64,000 nt of DNA, from assembly GCA_002269645.1 (NCBI GenBank), contig NIVC01003280.1, forward strand, positions 1 through 64,000. Reading direction: 5' to 3'. The position numbers were made by a program, and so were the translations under genes. Origin of the DNA: Macrostomum lignano. Its lineage: Eukaryota. Shown one piece after another: positions 38,415-56,788 of the stretch; position 1 is the first letter of the stretch; every line of letters starts with the position of its first letter. A model generated the notes under the pieces. That model searched no databases. It had not been told where the DNA came from and worked only from the letters and a program-made list of their open reading frames with translations.

Positions 38415-40460
38415 TTTTCCCACCCTCTCTCCCACTCTTTACTCACCCTCTCTCCCACTCTTTACTCACCCTCTCTCCCACTCTTTTCCCACACTCTCTC
38501 CCACTCTTTTCCCACCCTCTCTCCCACTCTTTTCCCACCCTCTCTCCCACTCTTTTCCCACCCTCTCTCCCACTCTTTTCCCACCCTCTGTCCCACTCTT
38601 TTCCCACCCTCTCTCCCACTCTTTTCCCACCCTCTCTCCCACTCTTTTCCCACCCTCTCTCCCACTCTTTTCCCACCCTCTCTCCCACTCTTTTCCCACC
38701 CTCTCTCCCACTCTTTTCCCACCCTCTCTCCCACTCTTTTCCCACCCTCTCTCCCACTCTTTACTCACCCTCTCTCCCACTCTTTTCCCACCCTCTCTCC
38801 CACTCTTTTCCCACCCTCTCTCCCACTCTTTTCCCACCCTCTCTCCCACTCTTTTCCCACCTCTCTCCCACTCTTTTCCCACCCTCTCTCCCACTCTTTA
38901 CTCACCCTCTCTCCCACTCTTTTCCCACCCTCTCTCCCACTCTTTTCCCACCCTCTCTCCCACTCTTTACTCACCCTCTCTCCCACTCTTTTCCCACCCT
39001 CTCTCCCACTCTTTTCCCACCCTCTCTCCCACTCTTTTCCCACCCTCTCTCCCACTCTTTTCCCACCCTCTCTCCCACTCTTTACTCACCCTCTCTCCCA
39101 CTCTTTTCCCACCCTCTCTCCCACTCTTTTCCCACCCTCTCTCCCACTCTTTTCCCACCCTCTCTCCCACTCTTTACTCACCCTCTCTCCCACTCTTTTC
39201 CCACCCTCTCTCCCACTCTTTTCCCACCCTCTCTCCCACTCTTTTCCCACCCTCTCTCCCACTCTTTTCCCACCCTCTCTCCCACTCTTTTCCCACCCTC
39301 TCTCCCACTCTTTACTCACCCTCTCTCCCACTCTTTACTCACCCTCTCTCCCACTCTTTACTCACCCTCTCTCCCACTCTTTTCCCACCCTCTCTCCCAC
39401 TCTTTTCCCACCCTCTCTCCCACTCTTTTCCCACCCTCTCTCCCACTCTTTTCCCACCCTCTCTCCCACTCTTTTCCCACCCTCTCTCCCACTCTTTTCC
39501 CACCCTCTCTCCCACTCTTTTCCCACCCTCTCTCCCACTCTTTTCCCACCCTCTCTCCCACTCTTTACTCACCCTCTCTCCCACTCTTTTCCCACCCTCT
39601 CTCCCACTCTTTTCCCACACTCTCTCCCACTCTTTTCCCACCCTCTCTCCCACTCTTTTCCCACCCTCTCTCCCACTCTTTTCCCACCCTCTCTCCCACT
39701 CTTTACTCACCCTCTCTCCCACTCTTTTCCCACCCTCTCTCCCACTCTTTTCCCACCCTCTCTCCCACTCTTTACTCACCCTCTCTCCCACTCTTTTCCC
39801 ACCCTCTCTCCCACTCTTTTCCCACCCTCTCTCCCACTCTTTACTCACCCTCTCTCCCACTCTTTTCCCACCCTCTCTCCCACTCTTTTCCCACCCTCTC
39901 TCCCACTCTTTTCCCACCCTCTCTCCACTCTTTTCCCACCCTCTCTCCCACTCTTTTCCCACCCTCTCTCCCACTCTTTTCCCACCCTCTCTCCCACTCT
40001 TTACTCACCCTCTCTCCAACTCTTTACTCACCCTCTCTCCCACTCTTTTCCCACCCTCTCTCCCACTCTTTTCCCACCCTCTCTCCCACTCTTTTCCCAC
40101 CCTCTCTCCCACTCTTTTCCCACCCTCTCTCCCACTCTTTTCCCACCCTCTCTCCCACTCTTTTCCCACCCTCTCTCCCACTCTTTTCCCACCCTCTCTC
40201 CCACTCTTTTCCCACCCTCTCTCCCACTCTTTACCCACCCTCTCTCCCACTCTTTTCCCACCCTCTCTCCCACTCTTTTCCCACCCTCTCCCACTCTTCT
40301 TACCGTCTCTCCCACTATTTTCCCACCTTCTAAAACTCTTTTCGCACCCTCTCTCCCACTCTTTTCCCACCCTCTCCCACTCTTCTTACCGTCTCTCCCA
40401 CTATTTTCCCACCTTTTTAAACTCTTTTCGCACCCTCTCTCCCACTCTTTTTCCCACTCT
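38415..40460. repeat. 2-kb polypyrimidine minisatellite, 23-bp unit CCACCCTCTCTCCCACTCTTTTC
   Basis: About 85 copies; source of the 792-aa and 648-aa ORFs and many KEWERG ORFs. Confidence 0.97.
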
Positions 40461-40574
40461 TTCCGTTCCTCTAAGTAATTCAAGACTTGCCATTTTTTTA
40501 AGAGTGGAGCATTTATTTCAGTCTTATTTCTTTTACTACAGGCGGAGACCACCGCTGCGCCACCTTCGAGCGAC

Positions 40575-45365
<4,791 letters not shown>

Positions 45366-45519
45366 ATGCCCTTAATGATGAGAGCGGAACAGAAAATACT
45401 GATCAAGGAGGCGAACGGAGTTGAAAAGTAAATTACAAAGAATAAAAATATCTGAGGAGACACGGACTTGAGACTGAGAGAGGAAAGACGACAGCGACAG
45501 AAGACGCGTATGCAGACAA

Positions 45520-46905
45520 GGATGAGTGAGGCAGAAGCGGACACAAAGCGAGTGGACACAAACGGGCAAAGAGTGAGGCAGAAGCGGACACAAGCGGTCA
45601 AGGAGTGAGGCAGAAGCGGACACAAACGGGCAAGGAGTGAGGCAGAAGCGGACACAAACGGTCAAGGAGTGAGGCACAAGCGGACACAAACGGGCAAGGA
45701 AGAGTGAGGCAGAAGCGGACACAAACGGGCAAGGACGAGTGAGGCAGAAGCGGACACAAACGGTCAAGGAGTGAGGCAGAAGCGGACACAAACGGGCAAG
45801 GAAGAGTGAGGCAGAAGCGGACACAAGCGGTCAAGGAGTGAGGCAGAAGCGGACACAAACGGGCAAGGAGTGAGGCAGAAGCGGACACAAACGGTCAAGG
45901 AGTGAGGCACAAGCGGACACAAACGGGCAAGGAGTGAGGCACAAGCGGACACAAACGGGCAAGGAGTGAGGCAGAAGCGGACACAAACGGTCAAGGAGTG
46001 AGGCAGAAGCGGACACAAACGGGCAAGGAGTGAGGCACAAGCGGACACAAACGGGCAAGGAGTGAGGCACAAGCGGACACAAACGGGCAAGGAGTGAGGC
46101 AGAAGCGGACACAAACGGTCAAGGAGTGAGGCACAAGCGGACACAAACGGGCAAGGAAGAGTGAGGCAGAAGCGGACACAAACGGGCAAGGACGAGTGAG
46201 GCAGAAGCGGACACAAACGGTCAAGGAGTGAGGCAGAATCGGACACAAACGGGCAAGGAAGAGTGAGGCAGAAGCGGACACAAACGGGCAAGGAGTGAGG
46301 CACAAGCGGACACAAACGGGCAAGGAGTGAGGCACAAGCGGACACAAACGGGCAAGGAGTGAGGCAGAAGCGGACACAAACGGTCAAGGAGTGAGGCACA
46401 AGCGGACACAAACGGGCAAGGAAGAGTGAGGCAGAAGCGGACACAAACGGTCAAGGAGTGAGGCACAAGCGGACACAAACGGGCAAGGAAGAGTGAGGCA
46501 GAAGCGGACACAAACGGGCAAGGAAAAGTGAGGCAGAAGCGGACACAAACGGGCAAGGAAGAGTGAGGCAGAAGCGGACACAAACGGGCAAGGAAGAGTG
46601 AGGCAGAAGCGGACACAAACGGTCAAGGAGTGAGGCAGAAGCGGACACAAACGGTCAAGGAGTGAGGCAGAAGCGGACACAAACGGTCAAGGAGTGAGGC
46701 AGAAGCGGACACAAACGGTCAAGGAGTGAGGCAGAAGCGGACACAAACGGTCAAGGAGTGAGGCAGAAGCGGACACAAACGGTCAAGGAGTGAGGCAGAA
46801 GCGGACACAAACGGTCAAGGAGTGAGGCAGAAGCGGACACAAACGGTCAAGGAGTGAGGCAGAAGCGGACACAAACGGTCAAGGAGTGAGGCAGAAGCGG
46901 ACACA
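45520..46905. repeat. Minisatellite, 32/35-bp unit GAGTGAGGCAGAAGCGGACACAAACGGTCAAG
   Basis: About 42 copies just downstream of the CCCH-gene stop. Confidence 0.96.
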
Positions 46906-47354
46906 ACACATCGAAATTTTCAAAGAAATCGACACTCAAATCGGCAAAAATTCCGCCACGGAGCAGCGGAGCATGGCAAAAAAATAACAAAGAACACTTG
47001 CTCTCCTACCGAAAATATTTTAATTGTATTGTTTTATATCAAACCAAATATATATTATACACTTAACGAATGCTGTGATGTAAAAAAACAAAATACTTTT
47101 ATATTTTTTATTTAAAGTTAAAAAGAACGTTACGGCGACAGTTCTCTATTTATGACAGTATAAATGAGTCAAATGACAGCTAGTGTGAGTGACAGCTATA
47201 ATGTCCGTGTATTGATAGCATCGCTAAAATAACGTGCAAGCCCATAAAGGTGTAAGACGTAATCATCATTCATACGTTAGCTTTTAGTTATGTTTAATAG
47301 CTGTCTACGACAGGCGATTGAATAAGGAGAAAAGACTGAGAAACATGAGGGAGA

Positions 47355-48150
47355 GGCTCTGAGACATGACGGGAGACTCTGAGACATGACGGGAGACTCT
47401 GAGACATGACGGGAGACTCTGAGACATGACGGGAGACTCTGAGACATGACGGGAAACTCTGAGACATGACGGGAGACTCTGAGACATGACGAGAAACTCT
47501 GAGACATGACGGGAGACTCTGAGACATGACGGGAGACTCTAAGACATGACGGGAGACTCTGAGACATGACGGGAGACTCTGAGACATGACGGGAGACTCT
47601 AAGACATGACGGGAGACTCTGAGACATGACGGGAGACTCTAAGACATGACGGGAGACTCTGAGACATGACGTGAGACTCTGAGACATGACGGGAGACTCT
47701 GAGACATGACGGGAGACTCTGAGACATGACGGGAGACTCTGAGACATGACGTGAGACTCTGAGACATGACGGGAAACTCTGAGACATGACGGGAAACTCT
47801 GAGACATGACAGGAGACTCTGAGACATGACGGGAGACTCTGAGACATGACGGGAGATTCTGAGACATGACGGGAAACTCTGAGACATGACGGGAGACTCT
47901 GAGACATGAGGAAGAGACGCTGAGACATGAGGAAGAGACGCTGAGACATGAGAAAGAGACTCTGAGGCATGAGGAAGAGACGCTGAGACATGAGAAAGAG
48001 ACTCTGAGACATGAGAAAGAGACTCTGAGACATGAGGAAGAGATTCTGAGACATGAGGAAGAGACGCTGAGACATAAGAAAGAGATTCTGAGACATGAGG
48101 AAGAGACGCTGAGACATGAGAAAGAGACTCTGAGACATGAGAAAGAGATT
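47355..48150. repeat. Minisatellite, 20-bp GAGACATGACGGGAGACTCT grading into 21-bp GAGACATGAGGAAGAGACGCT
   Basis: About 39 copies. Confidence 0.96.
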
Positions 48151-48639
48151 CTGAGAAATGAGGGAGATTTTGAGACAATACCGAGAGAGGAGCAACACAA
48201 TAAACAACAAATATAGGTTTTCAATTAAATATTTCACAAAGGCAAGCGACTATTCGTAATGTATAAGACTGTTTGAAAAAACACATAAATAAATACAAGT
48301 CCCGTATCAACAAACAAACAAAGCAAAGTTGAACAAAAATTAAGAGATTGTTTACGAAGAGATCTTCAATAAGATAGCCAGAGAATCAAGATGATATGAA
48401 CTCTTAGTTATCTGCTATACTTGAGATGGCTGCAACAACGTAAATACAAATTTCATGTCACTGCAAACAAAGTACAAACGGAAAATGGTTTCTTTTAAGG
48501 TGTAAATTTTGCTCTTTTCTTTGGAAATCCGATTGGGAAACCATCCTATCTCATCACTTACGCGATTTACCTTCGACTCAAAACCCTAGGTCACATATTC
48601 AAGATTTAAGATTCACAACTAACTACCCAATCTTTCACA

Positions 48640-48935
48640 ACCCTATAATCACCAATTCACAAACCTATATGTATAATCACCTATTCACAAACCTCACATG
48701 TAATCACCTATTCACAAACCTATAATCACCAATTCACAAACCTATAATCACTAATTCACAAACCTATAATCCCAATTCACAACCCTATAATCACCAATTC
48801 ACAAACCTATAATCACCTATTCACAAACCTATAATCACTAATTCACAAACCTATAATCCCAATTCACAACCCTATAATCACCAATTCACAAACCTATAAT
48901 CCCAATTCACAAACCTATAATCACCTATTTACAAA
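48640..48935. repeat. Minisatellite, ~21-22 bp unit TCACAAACCTATAATCACCAAT
   Basis: About 13 copies. Confidence 0.9.
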
Positions 48936-49308
48936 CTTCTAATATACGATTCACAACCAACTATCCAATCATTCATAACTCGATAATCACTTATTCACAG
49001 AGTAGCATACGATTCACACAACAACCTACCTATCTCCAATTCGCAACAAAAACACAACAAAAAATCCACACAACAAAAAACAGTTATAATGATATGATAG
49101 AAATTGATGAGAGCTATAGGATCAATATAAAAACTTTTGTTCGCAGAATACCTTACGAGTTGAGTAAAACGATTAATAAAATTTGTTGCCTAATAATAAT
49201 ATGTTATAATTTGAGACAATATCAGAGCAGACGAGGAATGAAGCGGCAATATGCCCGCTGAACTGTATAATATGTAGACAGTTAAAGAAGTTGTTACGCT
49301 TCGACCCG

Positions 49309-52300
49309 TCAGTGGCTCCCGTTAGCGAGCTTCTCAACGCAATCCACGGCGGCAAGAACCCAAGCCATGGGGCGGTCCCGCTTTGCCAGCAGTTCGTTGA
49401 GCTGCGTTGGAAGGCAATGTGTTGGATACTGTATGCCATTCTCTATCCTCTGAATCAGTGACTAGATCTTTAACATTAATTGACTAGATCAGCATGAGCG
49501 ATGACTAGATAAGCATGAGCAATGACTAGATCAGCATGAGCAGCATTAGCAATGACTAGATCAGCATGAGCAGCATTAGCAATGACTAGATCAGCATGAG
49601 CAATGACTAGATAAGCATGATCAATGACTAGATCAGCATGAGAAATGACTAGATCAGCATGAGAAATGACTAGATCAGCATGAGAAATGACTAGATCAGC
49701 ATGAGAAATGACTAGATCAGCATGATCAATTACTAGATCAGCATGAGCAATGACCAGATAAGTGTGAGCAGCATGAGCAATGACTAGATAAGCATGAGCA
49801 ATGACTAGATCAGCATGAACAATGACTAGATCAGCATGAGCAATGACTAGATCAGCATGATCAATGACTAGATCAGCATGAGCAATGACCAGATCAGCAA
49901 GAGAAATGAGCAGATCAGCATGAGCAATGACCAGATCAGCATGATTAATGACTAGATCAGCATGAGCAATGACTAGATCAGCATGAGCAATGACCAGATC
50001 AGCATGAGCAATGACCAGATCAGCATGAGCAATGACCAGATCAGCATGAGCAATGACCAGATCAGCATGAGCAATGACCAGATCAGCATGAGCAATGACC
50101 AGATCAGCATGAGCAATGACCAGATCAGCATGAGCAATGACCAGATCAGCATGAGCAATGACCAGATCAGCATGCCAGTCTTACCTGACCAGACCGGACC
50201 ACGACTCCGTGAGCGGCGGTCAGCTTGGCCTTAGTGGCGGCGATGCCATCCGGCATGACACCGCAGCAGGCGTCCTCAAGCAGCGCGGTGCGGTAGCCCA
50301 GCTCCTGGGCGTGGGCAGCCGTGGATCCGACGCAGACATCTGTGGCCAGGCCGCAGACGATGAGGTCAGAAATTCCCAGTTTGCTCAGTCTGTCGTGCAG
50401 GTCCGTCTTCTTCAGCTTGTTGTTGTCCCAGAATGCCGAGTAGCTGTCTATATCCGGGTCCGTGCCCTTGTACACCTTGGTGTGGTTGCCAGCCAGCTGC
50501 AGGAGGGACGAGACGGACAAAACTGTTCCAGGTGGACACAATCAGTTCCAAACAGACACAGTCAGTTCCAAACAGACACAATCAGTTCCAAACAGACACA
50601 GTCAGTTCCAACACAGACACAGTCAGTTCCAACACAGACACAGTCAGTTCCAACACAGACACAGTCAGTTCCAAACAGACACAGTCAGTTCTAAACAGAC
50701 ACAGTCAGTTCCAAACAGACACAGTCAGTTCCAAACAGACACAGTCAGTTCCAAACAGACACAGTCAGTTCCAACACAGACACAGTCAGTTCCAAACAGA
50801 CACAGTCAGTTCCAAACAGACACAGTCAGTTCCAAACAGACACAGTCAGTTCCAAACAGACACAGTCAGTTCCAAACAGACACAGTCAGTTCCAAACAGA
50901 CACAGTCAGTTCCAAACAGACACAGTCAGTTCCAAACAGACACAGTCAGTTCCAAACAGACACAGTCAGTTCCAAACAGACACAGTCAGTTCCAAACAGA
51001 CACACTTAGGTCTAAACAGACACATTTCCAAACAGACACAGTCAGTTCCAAACAGACACAGTCAGTTCCAAACAGACACAGTCAGTTTCAAACAGACACA
51101 CTTAGGTCTAAACAGACACATTTCCAAACAGACACAGTCAGTTCCAAACAGACACAGTCAGTTCCAAACAGACACAGTCAGTTCCAAACAGACACAGTCA
51201 GTTCCAAACAGACACAGTCAGTTCTAAACAGACACAGTCAGTTCCAAACAGACACAGTCAGTTCCAAACAGACACAGTCAGTTCCAAACAGACACAGTCA
51301 GTTCCAAACAGACACAGTCAGTTCCAAACAGACACAGTCAGTTCCAAACAGACACAGTCAGTTCCAAACAGACACAGTCAGTTCTAAACAGACACAGTCA
51401 GTTCCAAACAGACACAGTCAGTTCCAAACAGACACACTTAGGTCTAAACAGACACATTTCCAAACAGACACAGTCAGTTCCAAACAGACACAGTCAGATC
51501 CAAACAGACACAGTCAGATCCAAACAGACACACTTAGGTCTAAACAGACACACTTAGGTCTAAACAGACACATTTCCAAACAGACACAGTCAGTTCCAAA
51601 CAGACACAGTCAGTTCCAAACAGACACAGTCAGTTCCAAACAGACACAGTCAGTTCCAAACAGACACAGTCAGTTCCAAACAAACACAGTCAGTTCCAAA
51701 CAGACACAGTCAGTTACAAACAGACACAGTCAGTTCCAAACAGACACAGTCAGTTCCAAACAGACACAGTCAGTTCTAAACAGACACAGTCAGATCCAAA
51801 CAGACACAGTCAGTTCCAAACAGACACACTTAGGTCTAAACAGACACAGTTCCAAAGAGACACAGTTACAGATGGACACAATCAGTTCCAGACGAACATA
51901 ATCAGTTTCAGACGGACACAAACAGCTCCAGATGGACACAAACAGCTCCAGACGGACACAAACAGCTCCAGACGGACACAAAATATGAAATACACCAACC
52001 TTAAGCTCCGAGTGCAGTTCAGCGCCTGAAGAATTTTGCACGCAATGCCGAGGCCACATTATCTGCTCGATGGGTCCGTAGGCCTTCGTCTCCAGCACCA
52101 CAACATCGTTGAGGCCCACTTTGGCTGCGTCCTTGATCTGCAGAGTGGAGGCCGGCCTGGTTTGATGTAACTTTTAGATTAAAACTTTTTGATGCAAGAG
52201 AGGGACACTGAGACAAGATAAAGGCGGACACTGAGACAATATAGATAGGGATATTGAGACTAGATAGAGGGACACTGAGACAAGATAGAGACGGATACTG

Positions 52301-53398
52301 AGACAAGATAAAGGGACACTGAGACAAGATAGAGGGGGATACTGAGACAAGATAGAGAGGGACACTGAGACAAGATAGAGAGGGACACTGAGACAAGATA
52401 GATAGGGATATTGAGACAAGATAGATAGGGATATTGAGACAAGATAGATAGGGATACTGAGACAAGATAAAAATACACTGAGACAAGATAAAAATACACT
52501 GAGACAAGATAGTGACGGACACTGAGACAAGAAAGACATCTATCAGACTGATAAAAATCCCATTGTTGAGGCGCTCTCCCACCTTAGACTTGTCGCTTAG
52601 CTTCCGCTTAGCCAAGTTGTCCAAAAACGAGATGTGATCAGCTGGGTGCCAGTCGAGGGAATAGATGACTGTCTTGAAGGCGGCAGAGTGCTTGGCTATG
52701 ACGTCATTGATAACGGGTACAACGTTGGCACCATCCTCTTTGGCTGGATAGACTTTCAAAGCGAGGCTACCCGTGATGAAGTCGTTCTGCACGTCAACAA
52801 TCACCATGGCAACTGGGCCGGAGAAAATCACGCTCAGCCAGGGCAGAGCGCGAGCCGCCATGTCCGAGGGCGACACGAGGCCATCCTGGAGAAGAGGAGC
52901 ACTTTACTGCAGTCACCTGACCCCACCAATGGAATCAAAGGGTGTCACCTGACCCCACCAATGGAATCCCAGGGTGTCACCTGACCCCACCAATGGAATC
53001 CCAGGGTGTTACCTAACCCCACCAATGAAATCCCAAAGTGTATCATATGCTAAAAAAATTCTTAGCATTTCAAGACCATACCAACCTTGTCCTTGTCCAA
53101 GAAGGCATAGATTTTATCCAGCTCAGCTGTACTCAGTGAACCACTGGTTGCAATGGACTCAACCAAATTTTTTACCTCTGCTTTGTCTAATGCATTATCT
53201 CTAAAATAGATAAATTTTTTGAGACAATCAGAATAATTTATTTAAAACTGAAGTGCAAATTAAACATATATGTTAAACAAAAATCATAACTTACTTGTTT
53301 GCATCAAATGTCTGAAAGATCCTTTTTATATCAGCTTCTGTGATATCCTTGCCAGGATATTGGTTAAAAAACTTGCTATTGCCAAACATTTTGTGCAT
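49309..53398 (-). CDS. PNC1: Nicotinamidase (isochorismatase/cysteine hydrolase family; PNC1/Naam-like) with an N-terminal EF-hand; exons 53398-53295, 52885-52583, 52137-52000, 50496-50185, 49401-49309
   Basis: VIVDVQNDFITGSL, YSLDWHPADHISF, WPRHCVQNSSGAELH, KGTDPDIDSYSAF, VCGLATDVCV (catalytic Cys), ELGYRTALLEDAC; EF loop FDANK|DGLVSPSD (junction needs one extra G); last exon LNELLAKRDRP...* is not in the ORF track. Confidence 0.92.
49485..50172. repeat. Intronic 21-bp minisatellite CAGCATGAGCAATGAC(T/C)AGAT
   Basis: About 32 copies in nicotinamidase intron 49402-50184. Confidence 0.96.
50535..51980. repeat. Intronic 20-bp minisatellite GTCAGTTCCAAACAGACACA
   Basis: About 70 copies in intron 50497-51999. 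Confidence 0.96.
52195..52535. repeat. Intronic ~21-23 bp minisatellite GAGACAAGATAGAGGGACACT
   Basis: About 15 copies in intron 52138-52582. Confidence 0.92.
52912..53030. repeat. 32-bp repeat GTCACCTGACCCCACCAATGGAATCCCAGGGT, about 4 copies, intronic
   Basis: Direct inspection. Confidence 0.85.
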
Positions 53399-53700
53399 GA
53401 AGTAGTTGTAAGATTACACAACATAAGTTAAATCTATAAAAATAAATAGAAAGTCATGGTAATAGTTACTAAGGCTAATTTCAAATGTTAATATTTAATA
53501 AAATTGTAATAGTTGGCTTTATTATAATATATATTGCTTGTCATTAAATATGAATAAAGGTAAAACCTTATATCCTTGAATTGTCTTTTTGAAAAGCAAC
53601 TGTTTCAATTTTTTATAAAGACTAGCTATAAGTATAAAGGCTAATAAATACATAATACTATCAATACTGATATTCATAAACTAGAATACTAATAAAAATT

Positions 53701-53869
53701 CAGTGGCATATATAGGATTTTCTATTGGGGGTGGGGGTTGCTGACAAACCAGGGCCACAGGGAGTATCGTCTATCTGCACCAACAAGTTTGGACAATAAA
53801 GGACCTTTTTGGGGTTCTCTCTGGCTAGTCACCTCTGGCAAGCCCCCCCGCCCCCTGCATATGCCACTA
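53701..53869. mobile_element. Short MITE-like element
   Basis: 10-bp inverted termini AGTGGCATAT (53702) and ATATGCCACT (53859-53868) with internal G-runs and C-runs; TSD not resolved. Confidence 0.4.
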
Positions 53870-56788
53870 TAAACATTAGAAGTAAACATAGTTGTGACAT
53901 TGTCACTGGTAATAGATAAAAATTAGTTTTAATTTTCCAAATCAATGACAATAACTAGTAAACTAAGGGCCTAAATATAGCTGATTTTTTTAAGCTATAG
54001 ATTAAATTTTATTTCAATAGCATATACTTGTCTTAAGCTTAGTGCTAAATGACTACCTATTAATATTACTAAAGTTTTAATTTTAAATAAAAAATGAAAT
54101 GATTAATTAAAATTCATGTAGGGGCCTATATTACTGTGATCTCAGCAGACAGAAGTTAAAAAGTTGAAAGCACATGTACTAATGTATTTTTGTCTATGGC
54201 TGAAATCAGTGAAATGCTTGTTCGGTCAGGGAGGTTACTACACTTAAGTGAGCACAGCGAGCCAAAGAGCTTTGGAGTACAAGTGCCCATGTGATATCCG
54301 CACACCCGTCAAGTTTAGGACCTTTGAACCCAACTCATTAGTCAACAAAATTACAGAAATTGATTGCGTTTGGTTTGGTATCTAACTTGTCGAGTGATAA
54401 AAACAGTACACTTACAGCAGTTAAAATTTGCCAAACTACAGAGACACATAGGTAAGAAACGCAATCGTTTCTGTCACATGACAAGCTTTTAAAAGATAAA
54501 TAAAGTAAGTACAAAAAAAATAAAATAAGGTCAGTATTCTGCAAACCTACATAAAAATCGTTTGTTTTTAGTTAAAATGCAAAGCTTACTAAAAATAGTT
54601 TTCGCCTTTGAACACGACAATTGTTTCAGAACCAGAATATATATTTCCGATTCTTGAACCAGTATTGGTAGGAAAATTAAACTCATAATCATTCAAATTG
54701 TTTTAAGTGTTTCATTAGCTTTTACAAGCAATGGATTTCTTTCTCGATCAAAATTTTTGATCCTGCAGCTGACAACGGTTCTGGAATTGATTCTTGAATA
54801 CGGAACATTGAAGATGAAGCACAGTGCTGTTTTCGGAAGCAGTAATATGAAAACGCTATATTAAGTGATTCTGCGTACGCGGACACAAAATGCTAGCAGT
54901 GCAGTTTCTGGACGCAGGGCAATACAATTACATGCTAGAAAAAATCGGCGAATTTCTATCTTTTTTAATTGATTTAATGCGCGTCTGTAGCTGATCCCGT
55001 TGGCCTTTTTCTTACATGTATAGATTTTGTTGAGTTTATCGCGAAATTTTTTAGCGAAAACGGACCTCTTATGTTGTAATTTTTCTTTTAGGCCTTGCTG
55101 ACTTTTACCTAAGTATATAATTATTTTACCTGTTATAATTATTTACCTAAGCTATATTTGTCTTATTTTACATAATTCTGCTTGCTCTTTGCGGACTCGG
55201 CTTACTTTGTGTCTTATATCGGGCCTTTCCACTAGGCCTCTTCGGGTTAATTTACTTACTCGCATTTTTGTGTCAATTGGACTGATGACTGACTTCTCGG
55301 CCGATCTTCTGCTGGACCTCTAAGGGCCTCCTTTTTTAATAACTAATTAATAATAAATAACTAATAAATAATTTCTGACGGGGCAAATGCTAAGTACCCG
55401 AGGGTGCTGCGTCAGCAGGCCGCAGTGCCTCGAGCGGGCGTCGGTGTAGATTGGGTGAGAGAGACCAGAGAGATAAAAGAACTATTTTACCGCAGTGCGC
55501 CCTCATCCCGCTCGCTACGTGGGCCCTCTACCCCTAATGGTGTTCACCAGCTTGGACCTGCCATCCTGCTGGTCCTTGTGAGCGCTCTTTCTTGGTTCGG
55601 CCATCGCTCCTTGGTGTCTCCGGTGCTCGAAGTTGCTGTCGCGCGCTCTGTTGAATTTCCTTGCTGATTCTTGCTCTGAGGTACCCCTATGTAAATGTTC
55701 ATTCCTAGAGCTTTACGCTAATTTCTGGCGAATTTGCTAAATCGGAATCTTCTGTTGATAGCCTGCCGGTCCTGAATTCTTACACTAGTTTTCGTGCCTA
55801 TCTGGCACTGCAATAAATAGTTACGGTAAGCATGCATTTTTTTGTCCTTTTAAAAAGATTTTTCTCTGTTTTTGTTTGTTTTCTATAATTTCTTTGGTGC
55901 TCTTTTACAGCACCTTGTAAATGAGCAAATCAGGGAATTAAGCTGCACTCATCCTGTCCTTCAGTCCGCGCTCCTGCCTCCGCCGATGAAGTTACTCAGC
56001 CATACCGTGCGATCTCGTCAAGTTGAAATTTGTAGATGACTCCGAGGTCAGAGGGAACCACTTGTAAGTCTTCTTTTAGGCCTTGCTGACTTTTACCTAA
56101 GTCGGTCTCTTATGCACTTCCGTTCTAAATAATTCTTAAGCCTAAAAGATCTTACAACCGAGATCGTCAGCCGGTTGGCTACAAATTGAGCCTTTAGCAC
56201 AAAGGACAAAAGTCGCTTGGATTTAAATGAACTGCACAGGAGTTCTAGCTACCACTTAAGGTTCTTTTAAGGCCCATTTCGGGGCCGAGGCCGTGTCTAT
56301 TTTATAGATTTTTAGACACACGTCATCCCCCGCCTCTGATTAGCAACGGCGGGGTGCCAAAACAGACGCAGCAACATTAGATTAGCGCGTTGCTACGGGG
56401 CGACAGAGATAATTTAATATCTGTTAGTTGGTCGCCTCAGGCGATGGTTAAAGGTCAGTTCAGGGTTCATTATTCGAGTCGATTCGCACGTCAGACCACC
56501 CGTGCGTCCCTCGGTGAGTCGTGCTTTCGCTCCCTGGGCCGATCCACGTACGTCACCGCTGACCTTGGCCTGTTGACCATCGCTCTATCTCGCCCGCCAG
56601 TCGGGGTATCTTGCCGTATCGATTCTCCTGGCACCGCGCCGACTGACTCTGTCTGATGGCACCTCGACCAACTTTGAAGTCATCTCGTTTGGTCTGAAAT
56701 CTTGGGGGACAGTGACAGTTAAGTTCTTATCATATGTATGATTTATTTCGCTTTCTTGTCGTTCTTTTAATTTCTTTTACTTAAGTGT

